DNA of 64,000 bases from Balanoglossus misakiensis (Eukaryota; Animalia; Hemichordata). The stretch lies in NCBI GenBank assembly GCA_040954595.2, contig CM082592.2, positions 5,756,308-5,820,307 on the forward strand, in the 5' to 3' direction. The position numbers were made by a program, and so were the translations under genes. Shown in pieces: positions 1-15,000 of this stretch. Position 1 is the stretch's first letter, and each line of letters begins with the position of its first letter. The notes under the pieces are model-generated. The model made no database searches and had not been told where the DNA came from. It saw nothing but the letters and a program-made list of their open reading frames with translations.

Positions 1-3000
1 AAAATCATCCAAAAATGACAATTTTTCGACTTTCCGAGATATCAAAATTTCTTCATTTTTTTCACAAAAATCATGGGTTATAGCCCATGAAAATCATCCA
101 AAAATGACAATTTTTCGACTTTCCGAGATATCAAAATTTCTTCATTTTTTGACAAAAATCATGGGTTATAGCCCATGAAAATCATCCAAAAATGACAATT
201 TTTCGACTTTCCGAGATATCAAAATTTCTTCATTTTTTGACAAAAATCATGGGTTATAGCCCATGAAAATCATCCAAAAATGACAATTTTTCGACTTTCC
301 GAGATATCAAAATTTCTTCATTTTATGACAAAAATCATGGGTTATAGCCCATGAAAATCATCCAAAAATGACAATTTTTCGACTTTCCGAGATATCAAAA
401 TTTCTTCATTTTTTTCACAAAAATCATGGGTTATAGCCCATGAAAATCATCCAAAAATGACAATTTTTTGACTTTCCGAGATATCAAAATTTCTTCATTT
501 TTTGACAAAAATCATGGGTTATAGCCCATGAAAATCATCCAAAAATGACAATTTTTCGACTTTCCGAGATATCAAAATTTCTTCATTTTTTGACAAAAAT
601 CATGGGTTATAGCCCATGAAAATCATCCAAAAATGACAATTTTTCGACTTTCCGAGATATCAAAATTTCTTCATATTTTGACAAAAATCATGGGTTATAG
701 CCCATGAAAATCATCCAAAAATGACAATTTTTCGACTTTCCGAGATATCAAAATTTCTTCATTTTTTAACAAAAATCATGGGTTATAGCCCATGAAAATC
801 ATCCAAAAATGACAATTTTTCGACTTTCCGAGATATCAAAATTTCTTCATTTTTTCACAAAAATCATGGGTTATAGCCCATGAAAATCATCCAAAAATGA
901 CAATTTTTCGACTTTCCGAGATATCAAAATTTCTTCATTTTTTCACAAAAATCATGGGTTATAGCCCATGAAAATCATCCAAAAATGACAATTTTTCGAC
1001 TTTCCGAGATATCAAAATTTCTTCATTTTTTGACAAAAATCATGGGTTATAGCCCATGAAAATCATCCAAAAATGACAATTTTTCGACTTTCCGAGATAT
1101 CAAAATTTCTTCATTTTATGACAAAAATCATGGGTTATAGCCCATGAAAATCATCCAAAAATGACAATTTTTCGACTTTCCGAGATATCAAAATTTCTTC
1201 ATATTTTGACAAAAATCATGGGTTATAGCCCATGAAAATCATCCAAAAATGACAATTTTTCGACTTTCCGAGATATCAAAATTTCTTCATTTTTTAACAA
1301 AAATCATGGGTTATAGCCCATGAAAATCATCCAAAAATGACAATTTTTCGACTTTCCGAGATATCAAAATTTCTTCATTTTTTCACAAAAATCATGGGTT
1401 ATAGCCCATGAAAATCATCCAAAAATGACAATTTTTCGACTTTCCGAGATATCAAAATTTCTTCATTTTTACACAAAAATCATGGGTTATAGCCCATGAA
1501 AATCATCCAAAAATGACAATTTTTCGACTTTCCGAGATATCAAAATTTCTTCATTTTTTGACAAAAATCATGGGTTATAGCCCATGAAAATCATCCAAAA
1601 ATGACAATTTTTCGACTTTCCGAGATATCAAAATTTCTTCATTTTTTCACAAAAATCATGGGTTATAGCCCATGAAAATCATCCAAAAATGACAATTTTT
1701 CGACTTTCCGAGATATCAAAATTTCTTCATTTTTTCACAAAAATCATGGGTTATAGCCCATGAAAATCATCCAAAAATGACAATTTTTCGACTTTCCGAG
1801 ATATCAAAATTTCTTCATTTTTTCACAAAAATCATGGGTTATAGCCATGAAAATCATCCAAAAATGACAATTTTTCGACTTTCCGAGATATCAAAATTTC
1901 TTCATTTTTTCACAAAAATCATGGGTTATAGCCCATGAAAATCATCCAAAAATGACAATTTTTCGACTTTCCGAGATATCAAAATTTCTTCATTTTTTGA
2001 CAAAAATCATGGGTTATAGCCCATGAAAATCATCCAAAAATGACAATTTTTCGACTTTCCGAGATATCAAAATTTCTTCATTTTTTCACAAAAATCATGG
2101 GTTATAGCCCATGAAAATCATCCAAAAATGACAATTTTTCGACTTTCCGAGATATCAAAATTTCTTCATTTTTTCACAAAAATCATGGGTTATAGCCCAT
2201 GAAAATCATCCAAAAATGACAATTTTTCGACTTTCCGAGATATCAAAATTTCTTCATTTTTTCACAAAAATCATGGGTTATAGCCCATGAAAATCATCCA
2301 AAAATGACAATTTTTCGACTTTCCGAGATATCAAAATTTCTTCATTTTTTGACAAAAATCATGGGTTATAGCCCATGAAAATCATCCAAAAATGACAATT
2401 TTTCGACTTTCCGAGATATCAAAATTTCTTCATTTTTTTCACAAAAATCATGGGTTATAGCCCATGAAAATCATCCAAAAATGACAATTTTTCGACTTTC
2501 CGAGATATCAAAATTTCTTCATTTTTTCACAAAAATCATGGGTTATAGCCCATGAAAATCATCCAAAAATGACAATTTTTCGACTTTCCGAGATATCAAA
2601 ATTTCTTCATTTTTTCACAAAAATCATGGGTTATAGCCCATGAAAATCATCCAAAAATGACAATTTTTCGACTTTCCGAGATATCAAAATTTCTTCATTT
2701 TTTGACAAAAATCATGGGTTATAGCCCATGAAAATCATCCAAAAATGACAATTTTTCGACTTTCCGAGATATCAAAATTTCTTCATTTTTTGACAAAAAT
2801 CATGGGTTATAGCCCATGAAAATCATCCAAAAATGACAATTTTTCGACTTTCCGAGATATGAAAATTTCTTCATTTTTTCACAAAAATCATGGGTTATAG
2901 CCCATGAAAATCATCCAAAAATGACAATTTTTCGACTTTCCGAGATATCAAAATTTCTTCATTTTTTGACAAAAATCATGGGTTATAGCCCATGAAAATC

Positions 3001-6000
3001 ATCCAAAAATGACAATTTTTCGACTTTCCGAGATATCAAAATTTCTTCATTTTTTGACAAAAATCATGGGTTATAGCCCATGAAAATCATCCAAAAATGA
3101 CAATTTTTCGACTTTCCGAGATATCAAAATTTCTTCATTTTTCACAAAAATCATGGGTTATAGCCCATGAAAATCATCCAAAATTGACAATTTTTCGACT
3201 TTCCGAGATATCAAAATTTCTTCATTTTTTCACAAAAATCATGGGTTATAGCCCATGAAAATCATCCAAAAATGACAATATCAAAATTTCTTCATTTTTT
3301 CACAAAAATCATGGGTTATAGCCCATGAAAATCATCCAAAAATGACAATTTTTCGACTTTCCGAGATATCAAAATTTCTTCATTTTTTCACAAAAATCAT
3401 GGGTTATAGCCCATGAAAATCATCCAAAAATGACAATTTTTCGACTTTCCGAGATATCAAAATTTCTTATTTTTTGACAAAAATCATGGGTTATAGCCCA
3501 TGAAAATCATCAAAAATGACAATTTTTCGACTTTCCGAGATATCAAAATTTCTTCATTTTTTCACAAAAATCATGGGTTATAGCCCATGAAAATCATCCA
3601 AAAATGACAATTTTTCGACTTTCCGAGATATCAAAATTTCTTCATTTTTTCACAAAAATCATGGGTTATAGCCCATGAAAATCATCCAAAAATGACAATT
3701 TTTCGACTTTCCGAGATATCAAAATTTCTTCATTTTTTCACAAAAATCATGGGTTATAGCCCATGAAAATCATCCAAAAATGACAATTTTTCGACTTTCC
3801 GAGATATCAAAATTTCTTCATTTTTTGACAAAAATCATGGGTTATAGCCCATGAAAATCATCCAAAAATGACAATTTTTCGACTTTCCGAGATATCAAAA
3901 TTTCTTCATTTTTTGACAAAAATCATGGGTTATAGCCCATGAAAATCATCCAAAAATGACAATTTTTCGACTTTCCGAGATATCAAAATTTCTTCATTTT
4001 TTGACAAAAATCATGGGTTATAGCCCATGAAAATCATCCAAAAATGACAATTTTTCGACTTTCCGAGATATCAAAATTTCTTCATTTTTTGACAAAAATC
4101 ATGGGTTATAGCCCATGAAAATCATCCAAAAATGACAATTTTTCGACTTTCCGAGATATCAAAATTTCTTCATTTTTTGACAAAAATCATGGGTTATAGC
4201 CCATGAAAATCATCCAAAAATGACAATTTTTCGACTTTCCGAGATATGAAAATTTCTTCATTTTTTCACAAAAATCATGGGTTATAGCCCATGAAAATCA
4301 TCCAAAAATGACAATTTTTCGACTTTCCGAGATATCAAAATTTCTTCATTTTTTCACAAAAATCATGGGTTATAGCCCATGAAAATCATCCAAAAATGAC
4401 AATTTTTCGACTTTCCGAGATATCAAAATTTCTTCATTTTTTCACAAAAATCATGGGTTATAGCCCATGAAAATCATCCAAAAATGACAATTTTTCGACT
4501 TTCCGAGATATCAAAATTTCTTCATTTTTTCACAAAAATCATGGGTTATAGCCCATGAAAATCATCCAAAAATGACAATTTTTCGACTTTCCGAGATATC
4601 AAAATTTCTTCATTTTTTCACAAAAATCATGGGTTATAGCCCATGAAAATCATCCAAAAATGACAATTTTTCGACTTTCCGAGATATCAAAATTTCTTCA
4701 TTTTTTGACAAAAATCATGGGTTATAGCCCATGAAAATCATCCAAAAATGACAATTTTTCGACTTTCCGAGATATCAAAATTTCTTCATTTTTTGACAAA
4801 AATCATGGGTTATAGCCCATGAAAATCATCCAAAAATGACAATTTTTCGACTTTCCGAGATATCAAAATTTCTTCATTTTTTGACAAAAATCATGGGTTA
4901 TAGCCCATGAAAATCATCCAAAAATGACAATTTTTCGACTTTCCGAGATATCAAAATTTCTTCATTTTTTAACAAAAATCATGGGTTATAGCCCATGAAA
5001 ATCATCCAAAAATGACAATTTTTCGACTTTCCGAGATATCAAAATTTCTTCATTTTTTTCACAAAAATCATGGGTTATAGCCCATGAAAATCATCCAAAA
5101 ATGACAATTTTTCGACTTTCCGAGATATCAAAATTTCTTCATTTTTTCACAAAAATCATGGGTTATAGCCCATGAAAATCATCCAAAAATGACAATTTTT
5201 CGACTTTCCGAGATATCAAAATTTCTTCATTTTTTGACAAAAATCATGGGTTATAGCCCATGAAAATCATCCAAAAATGACAATTTTTCGACTTTCCGAG
5301 ATATCAAAATTTCTTCATTTTATGACAAAAATCATGGGTTATAGCCCATGAAAATCATCCAAAAATGACAATTTTTCGACTTTCCGAGATATCAAAATTT
5401 CTTCATATTTTGACAAAAATCATGGGTTATAGCCCATGAAAATCATCCAAAAATGACAATTTTTCGACTTTCCGAGATATCAAAATTTCTTCATTTTTTA
5501 ACAAAAATCATGGGTTATAGCCCATGAAAATCATCCAAAAATGACAATTTTTCGACTTTCCGAGATATCAAAATTTCTTCATTTTTTCACAAAAATCATG
5601 GGTTATAGCCCATGAAAATCATCCAAAAATGACAATTTTTCGACTTTCCGAGATATCAAAATTTCTTCATTTTTACACAAAAATCATGGGTTATAGCCCA
5701 TGAAAATCATCCAAAAATGACAATTTTTCGACTTTCCGAGATATCAAAATTTCTTCATTTTTTGACAAAAATCATGGGTTATAGCCCATGAAAATCATCC
5801 AAAAATGACAATTTTTCGACTTTCCGAGATATCAAAATTTCTTCATTTTTTCACAAAAATCATGGGTTATAGCCCATGAAAATCATCCAAAAATGACAAT
5901 TTTTCGACTTTCCGAGATATCAAAATTTCTTCATTTTTTCACAAAAATCATGGGTTATAGCCCATGAAAATCATCCAAAAAATGACAATATCAAAATTTC

Positions 6001-9000
6001 TTCATTTTTTCACAAAAATCATGGGTTATAGCCCATGAAAATCATCCAAAAATGACAATTTTTCGACTTTCCGAGATATCAAAATTTCTTCATTTTTTCA
6101 CAAAAATCATGGGTTATAGCCCATGAAAATCATCCAAAAATGACAATTTTTCGACTTTCCGAGATATCAAAATTTCTTATTTTTTGACAAAAATCATGGG
6201 TTATAGCCCATGAAAATCATCCAAAAATGACAATTTTTCGACTTTCCGAGATATCAAAATTTCTTCATTTTTTCACAAAAATCATGGGTTATAGCCCATG
6301 AAAATCATCCAAAAATGACAATTTTTCGACTTTCCGAGATATCAAAATTTCTTCATTTTTTCACAAAAATCATGGGTTATAGCCCATGAAAATCATCCAA
6401 AAATGACAATTTTTCGACTTTCCGAGATATCAAAATTTCTTCATTTTTTCACAAAAATCATGGGTTATAGCCCATGAAAATCATCCAAAAATGACAATTT
6501 TTCGACTTTCCGAGATATCAAAATTTCTTCATTTTTTGACAAAAATCATGGGTTATAGCCCATGAAAATCATCCAAAAATGACAATTTTTCGACTTTCCG
6601 AGATATCAAAATTTCTTCATTTTTTCACAAAAATCATGGGTTATAGCCCATGAAAATCATCCAAAAATGACAATTTTTCGACTTTCCGAGATATCAAAAT
6701 TTCTTCATTTTTTCACAAAAATCATGGGTTATAGCCCATGAAAATCATCCAAAAATGACAATTTTTCGACTTTCCGAGATATCAAAATTTCTTCATTTTT
6801 TCACAAAAATCATGGGTTATAGCCCATGAAAATCATCCAAAAATGACAATTTTTCGACTTTCCGAGATATCAAAATTTCTTCATTTTTTGACAAAAATCA
6901 TGGGTTATAGCCCATGAAAATCATCCAAAAATGACAATTTTTCGACTTTCCGAGATATCAAAATTTCTTCATTTTTTGACAAAAATCATGGGTTATAGCC
7001 CATGAAAATCATCCAAAAATGACAATTTTTCGACTTTCCGAGATATGAAAATTTCTTCATTTTTTCACAAAAATCATGGGTTATAGCCCATGAAAATCAT
7101 CCAAAAATGACAATTTTTCGACTTTCCGAGATATCAAAATTTCTTCATTTTTTGACAAAAATCATGGGTTATAGCCCATGAAAATCATCCAAAAATGACA
7201 ATTTTTCGACTTTCCGAGATATCAAAATTTCTTCATTTTTTGACAAAAATCATGGGTTATAGCCCATGAAAATCATCCAAAAATGACAATTTTTCGACTT
7301 TCCGAGATATCAAAATTTCTTCATTTTTTCACAAAAATCATGGGTTATAGCCCATGAAAATCATCCAAAATTGACAATTTTTCGACTTTCCGAGATATCA
7401 AAATTTCTTCATTTTTTCACAAAAATCATGGGTTATAGCCCATGAAAATCATCCAAAAATGACAATATCAAAATTTCTTCATTTTTTCACAAAAATCATG
7501 GGTTATAGCCCATGAAAATCATCCAAAAATGACAATTTTTCGACTTTCCGAGATATCAAAATTTCTTCATTTTTTCACAAAAATCATGGGTTATAGCCCA
7601 TGAAAATCATCCAAAAATGACAATTTTTCGACTTTCCGAGATATCAAAATTTCTTATTTTTTGACAAAAATCATGGGTTATAGCCCATGAAAATCATCCA
7701 AAAATGACAATTTTTCGACTTTCCGAGATATCAAAATTTCTTCATTTTTTCACAAAAATCATGGGTTATAGCCCATGAAAATCATCCAAAAATGACAATT
7801 TTTCGACTTTCCGAGATATCAAAATTTCTTCATTTTTCACAAAAATCATGGGTTATAGCCCATGAAAATCATCCAAAAATGACAATTTTTCGACTTTCCG
7901 AGATATCAAAATTTCTTCATTTTTTCACAAAAATCATGGGTTATAGCCCATGAAAATCATCCAAAAATGACAATTTTTCGACTTTCCGAGATATCAAAAT
8001 TTCTTCATTTTTTGACAAAAATCATGGGTTATAGCCCATGAAAATCATCCAAAAATGACAATTTTTCGACTTTCCGAGATATCAAAATTTCTTCATTTTT
8101 TGACAAAAATCATGGGTTATAGCCCATGAAAATCATCCAAAAATGACAATTTTTCGACTTTCCGAGATATCAAAATTTCTTCATTTTTTGACAAAAATCA
8201 TGGGTTATAGCCCATGAAAATCATCCAAAAATGACAATTTTTCGACTTTCCGAGATATCAAAATTTCTTCATTTTTTGACAAAAATCATGGGTTATAGCC
8301 CATGAAAATCATCCAAAAATGACAATTTTTCGACTTTCCGAGATATCAAAATTTCTTCATTTTTTGACAAAAATCATGGGTTATAGCCCATGAAAATCAT
8401 CCAAAAATGACAATTTTTCGACTTTCCGAGATATGAAAATTTCTTCATTTTTTCACAAAAATCATGGGTTATAGCCCATGAAAATCATCCAAAAATGACA
8501 ATTTTTCGACTTTCCGAGATATCAAAATTTCTTCATTTTTTTCACAAAAATCATGGGTTATAGCCCATGAAAATCATCCAAAAATGACAATTTTTCGACT
8601 TTCCGAGATATCAAAATTTCTTCATTTTTTTCACAAAAATCATGGGTTATAGCCCATGAAAATCATCCAAAAATGACAATTTTTCGACTTTCCGAGATAT
8701 CAAAATTTCTTCATTTTTTCACAAAAATCATGGGTTATAGCCCATGAAAATCATCCAAAAATGACAATTTTTCGACTTTCCGAGATATCAAAATTTCTTC
8801 ATTTTTTCACAAAAATCATGGGTTATAGCCCATGAAAATCATCCAAAAATGACAATTTTTCGACTTTCCGAGATATCAAAATTTCTTCATTTTTTGACAA
8901 AAATCATGGGTTATAGCCCATGAAAATCATCCAAAAATGACAATTTTTCGACTTTCCGAGATATCAAAATTTCTTCATTTTTTGACAAAAATCATGGGTT

Positions 9001-12000
9001 ATAGCCCATGAAAATCATCCAAAAATGACAATTTTTCGACTTTCCGAGATATCAAAATTTCTTCATTTTTTGACAAAAATCATGGGTTATAGCCCATGAA
9101 AATCATCCAAAAATGACAATTTTTCGACTTTCCGAGATATCAAAATTTCTTCATTTTTTGACAAAAATCATGGGTTATAGCCCATGAAAATCATCCAAAA
9201 ATGACAATTTTTCGACTTTCCGAGATATCAAAATTTCTTCATTTTTTGACAAAAATCATGGGTTATAGCCCATGAAAATCATCCAAAAATGACAATTTTT
9301 CGACTTTCCGAGATATCAAAATTTCTTCATTTTTTGACAAAAATCATGGGTTATAGCCCATGAAAATCATCCAAAAATGACAATTTTTCGACTTTCCGAG
9401 ATATCAAAATTTCTTCATTTTTTACAAAAATCATGGGTTATAGCCCATGAAAATCATCCAAAAATGACAATTTTTCGACTTTCCGAGATATCAAAATTTC
9501 TTCATTTTTTGACAAAAATCATGGGTTATAGCCCATGAAAATCATCCAAAAATGACAATTTTTCGACTTTCCGAGATATCAAAATTTCTTCATTTTTTGA
9601 CAAAAATCATGGGTTATAGCCCATGAAAATCATCCAAAAATGACAATTTTTCGACTTTCCGAGATATCAAAATTTCTTCATTTTTCACAAACATCATGGG
9701 TTATAGCCCATGAAAATCATCCAAAAATGACAATTTTTCGACTTTCCGAGATATCAAAATTTCTTCATTTTTTGACAAAAATCATGGGTTATAGCCCATG
9801 AAAATCATCCAAAAATGACAATTTTTCGACTTTCCGAGATATCAAAATTTCTTCATTTTTTGACAAAAATCATGGGTTATAGCCCATGAAAATCATCCAA
9901 AAATGACAATTTTTCGACTTTCCGAGATATCAAAATTTCTTCATTTTTTGACAAAAATCATGGGTTATAGCCCATGAAAATCATCCAAAAATGACAATTT
10001 TTCGACTTTCCGAGATATCAAAATTTCTTCATTTTTTGACAAAAATCATGGGTTATAGCCCATGAAAATCATCCAAAAATGACAATTTTTCGACTTTCCG
10101 AGATATCAAAATTTCTTCATTTTTTGACAAAAATCATGGGTTATAGCCCATGAAAATCATCCAAAAATGACAATTTTTCGACTTTCCGAGATATCAAAAT
10201 TTCTTCATTTTTTGACAAAAATCATGGGTTATAGCCCATGAAAATCATCCAAAAATGACAATTTTTCGACTTTCCGAGATATCAAAATTTCTTCATTTTT
10301 TGTCAAAAATCATGGGTTATAGCCCATGAAAATCATCCAAAAATGACAATTTTTCGACTTTCCGAGATATCAAAATTTCTTCATTTTTTGACAAAAATCA
10401 TGGGTTATAGCCCATGAAAATCATCCAAAAATGACAATTTTTCGACTTTCCGAGATATCAAAATTTCTTCATTTTTTCACAAAAATCATGGGTTATAGCC
10501 CATGAAAATCATCCAAAAATGACAATTTTTCGACTTTCCGAGATATCAAAATTTCTTCATTTTTTCACAAAAATCATGGGTTATAGCCCATGAAAATCAT
10601 CCAAAAATGACAATTTTTCGACTTTCCGAGATATCAAAATTTCTTCATTTTTTCACAAAAATCATGGGTTATAGCCCATGAAAATCATCCAAAAATGACA
10701 ATTTTTCGACTTTCCGAGATATCAAAATTTCTTCATTTTTTGACAAACATCATGGGTTATAGCCCATGAAAATCATCCAAAATTGACAATTTTTCGACTT
10801 TCCGAGATATCAAAATTTCTTCATTTTTTCACAAAAATCATGGGTTATAGCCCATGAAAATCATCCAAAAATGACAATATCAAAATTTCTTCATTTTTTT
10901 CACAAAAATCATGGGTTATAGCCCATGAAAATCATCCAAAAATGACAATTTTTCGACTTTCCGAGATATCAAAATTTCTTCATTTTTTCACAAAAATCAT
11001 GGGTTATAGCCCATGAAAATCATCCAAAAATGACAATTTTTCGACTTTCCGAGATATCAAAATTTCTTATTTTTTGACAAAAATCATGGGTTATAGCCCA
11101 TGAAAATCATCCAAAAATGACAATTTTTCGACTTTCCGAGATATCAAAATTTCTTCATTTTTTCACAAAAATCATGGGTTATAGCCCATGAAAATCATCC
11201 AAAAATGACAATTTTTCGACTTTCCGAGATATCAAAATTTCTTCATTTTTTCACAAAAATCATGGGTTATAGCCCATGAAAATCATCCAAAAATGACAAT
11301 TTTTCGACTTTCCGAGATATCAAAATTTCTTCATTTTTTCACAAAAATCATGGGTTATAGCCCATGAAAATCATCCAAAAATGACAATTTTTCGACTTTC
11401 CGAGATATCAAAATTTCTTCATTTTTTTGACAAAAATCATGGGTTTATAGCCCATGAAAATCATCCAAAAATGACAATTTTTCGACTTTCCGAGATATCA
11501 AAATTTCTTCATTTTTTGACAAAATCATGGGTTATAGCCCTGAAAATCATCCAAAAATGACAATTTTTCGACTTTCCGAGATATCAAAATTTCTTCATTT
11601 TTTGACAAAAATCATGGGTTATAGCCCATGAAAATCATCCAAAAATGACAATTTTTCGACTTTCCGAGATATCAAAATTTCTTCATTTTTTGACAAAAAT
11701 CATGGGTTATAGCCCATGAAAATCATCCAAAAATGACAATTTTTCGACTTTCCGAGATATCAAAATTTCTTCATTTTTTTGACAAAAATCATGGGTTATA
11801 GCCCATGAAAAAATCATCCAAAAATGACAATTTTTCGACTTTCCGAGATATGAAAATTTCTTCATTTTTTCACAAAAATCATGGGTTATAGCCCATGAAA
11901 ATCATCCAAAAATGACAATTTTTCGACTTTCCGAGATATCAAAATTTCTTCATTTTTTCACAAAAATCATGGGTTATAGCCCATGAAAATCATCCAAAAA

Positions 12001-15000
12001 TGACAATTTTTCGACTTTCCGAGATATCAAAATTTCTTCATTTTTTCACAAAAATCATGGGTTATAGCCCATGAAAATCATCCAAAAATGACAATTTTTC
12101 GACTTTCCGAGATATCAAAATTTCTTCATTTTTTCACAAAAATCATGGGTTATAGCCCATGAAAATCATCCAAAAATGACAATTTTTCGACTTTCCGAGA
12201 TATCAAAATTTCTTCATTTTTTCACAAAAATCATGGGTTATAGCCCATGAAAATCATCCAAAAATGACAATTTTTCGACTTTCCGAGATATCAAAATTTC
12301 TTCATTTTTTGACAAAAATCATGGGTTATAGCCCATGAAAATCATCCAAAAATGACAATTTTTCGACTTTCCGAGATATCAAAATTTCTTCATTTTTTGA
12401 CAAAAATCATGGGTTATAGCCCATGAAAATCATCCAAAAATGACAATTTTTCGACTTTCCGAGATATCAAAATTTCTTCATTTTTTGACAAAAATCATGG
12501 GTTATAGCCCATGAAAATCATCCAAAAATGACAATTTTTCGACTTTCCGAGATATCAAAATTTCTTCATTTTTTGACAAAAATCATGGGTTATAGCCCAT
12601 GAAAATCATCCAAAAATGACAATTTTTCGACTTTCCGAGATATCAAAATTTCTTCATTTTTTGACAAAAATCATGGGTTATAGCCCATGAAAATCATCCA
12701 AAAATGACAATTTTTCGACTTTCCGAGATATCAAAATTTCTTCATTTTTTGACAAAAATCATGGGTTATAGCCCATGAAAATCATCCAAAAATGACAATT
12801 TTTCGACTTTCCGAGATATCAAAATTTCTTCATTTTTTCACAAAAATCATGGGTTATAGCCCATGAAAATCATCCAAAAATGACAATTTTTCGACTTTCC
12901 GAGATATCAAAATTTCTTCATTTTTTGACAAAAATCATGGGTTATAGCCCATGAAAATCATCCAAAAATGACAATTTTTCGACTTTCCGAGATATCAAAA
13001 TTTCTTCATTTTTTGACAAAAATCATGGGTTATAGCCCATGAAAATCATCCAAAAATGACAATTTTTCGACTTTCCGAGATATCAAAATTTCTTCATTTT
13101 TCCACAAACATCATGGGTTATAGCCCATGAAAATCATCCAAAAATGACAATTTTTCGACTTTCCGAGATATCAAAATTTCTTCATTTTTTGACAAACATC
13201 ATGGGTTATAGCCCATGAAAATCATCCAAAAATGACAATTTTTCGACTTTCCGAGATATGAAAATTTCTTCATTTTTTCACAAAAATCATGGGTTATAGC
13301 CCATGAAAATCATCCAAAAATGACAATTTTTCGACTTTCCGAGATATCAAAATTTCTTCATTTTTTGACAAAAATCATGGGTTATAGCCCATGAAAATCA
13401 TCCAAAAATGACAATTTTTCGACTTTCCGAGATATCAAAATTTCTTCATTTTTTGACAAAAATCATGGGTTATAGCCCATGAAAATCATCCAAAAATGAC
13501 AATTTTTCGACTTTCCGAGATATCAAAATTTCTTCATTTTTTGACAAAAATCATGGGTTATAGCCCATGAAAATCATCCAAAAATGACAATTTTTCGACT
13601 TTCCGAGATATCAAAATTTCTTCATTTTTTGACAAAAATCATGGGTTATAGCCCATGAAAATCATCCAAAAATGACAATTTTTCGACTTTCCGAGATATC
13701 AAAATTTCTTCATTTTTTGTCAAAAATCATGGGTTATAGCCCATGAAAATCATCCAAAAATGACAATTTTTCGACTTTCCGAGATATCAAAATTTCTTCA
13801 TTTTTTGACAAAAATCATGGGTTATAGCCCATGAAAATCATCCAAAAATGACAATTTTTCGACTTTCCGAGATATCAAAATTTCTTCATTTTTTCACAAA
13901 AATCATGGGTTATAGCCCATGAAAATCATCCAAAAATGACAATTTTTCGACTTTCCGAGATATCAAAATTTCTTCATTTTTTCACAAAAATCATGGGTTA
14001 TAGCCCATGAAAATCATCCAAAAATGACAATTTTTCGACTTTCCGAGATATCAAAATTTCTTCATTTTTTCACAAAAATCATGGGTTATAGCCCATGAAA
14101 ATCATCCAAAAATGACAATTTTTCGACTTTCCGAGATATCAAAATTTCTTCATTTTTTGACAAACATCATGGGTTATAGCCCATGAAAATCATCCAAAAA
14201 TGACAATTTTTCGACTTTCCGAGATATCAAAATTTCTTCATTTTTTGACAAAAATCATGGGTTATAGCCCATGAAAATCATCCAAAAATGACAATTTTTC
14301 GACTTTCCGAGATATCAAAATTTCTTCATTTTTTGACAAAAATCATGGGTTATAGCCCATGAAAATCATCCAAAAATGACAATTTTTCGACTTTCCGAGA
14401 TATCAAAATTTCTTCATTTTTTGACAAAAATCATGGGTTATAGCCCATGAAAATCATCCAAAAATGACAATTTTTCGACTTTCCGAGATATCAAAATTTC
14501 TTCATTTTTTGACAAAAATCATGGGTTATAGCCCATGAAAATCATCCAAAAATGACAATTTTTCGACTTTCCGAGATATCAAAATTTCTTCATTTTTTGA
14601 CAAAAATCATGGGTTATAGCCCATGAAAATCATCCAAAAATGACAATTTTTCGACTTTCCGAGATATCAAAATTTCTTCATTTTTTGTCAAAAATCATGG
14701 GTTATAGCCCATGAAAATCATCCAAAAATGACAATTTTTCGACTTTCCGAGATATCAAAATTTCTTCATTTTTTGACAAAAATCATGGGTTATAGCCCAT
14801 GAAAATCATCCAAAAATGACAATTTTTCGACTTTCCGAGATATCAAAATTTCTTCATTTTTTCACAAAAATCATGGGTTATAGCCCATGAAAATCATCCA
14901 AAAATGACAATTTTTCGACTTTCCGAGATATCAAAATTTCTTCATTTTTTCACAAAAATCATGGGTTATAGCCCATGAAAATCATCCAAAAATGACAATT

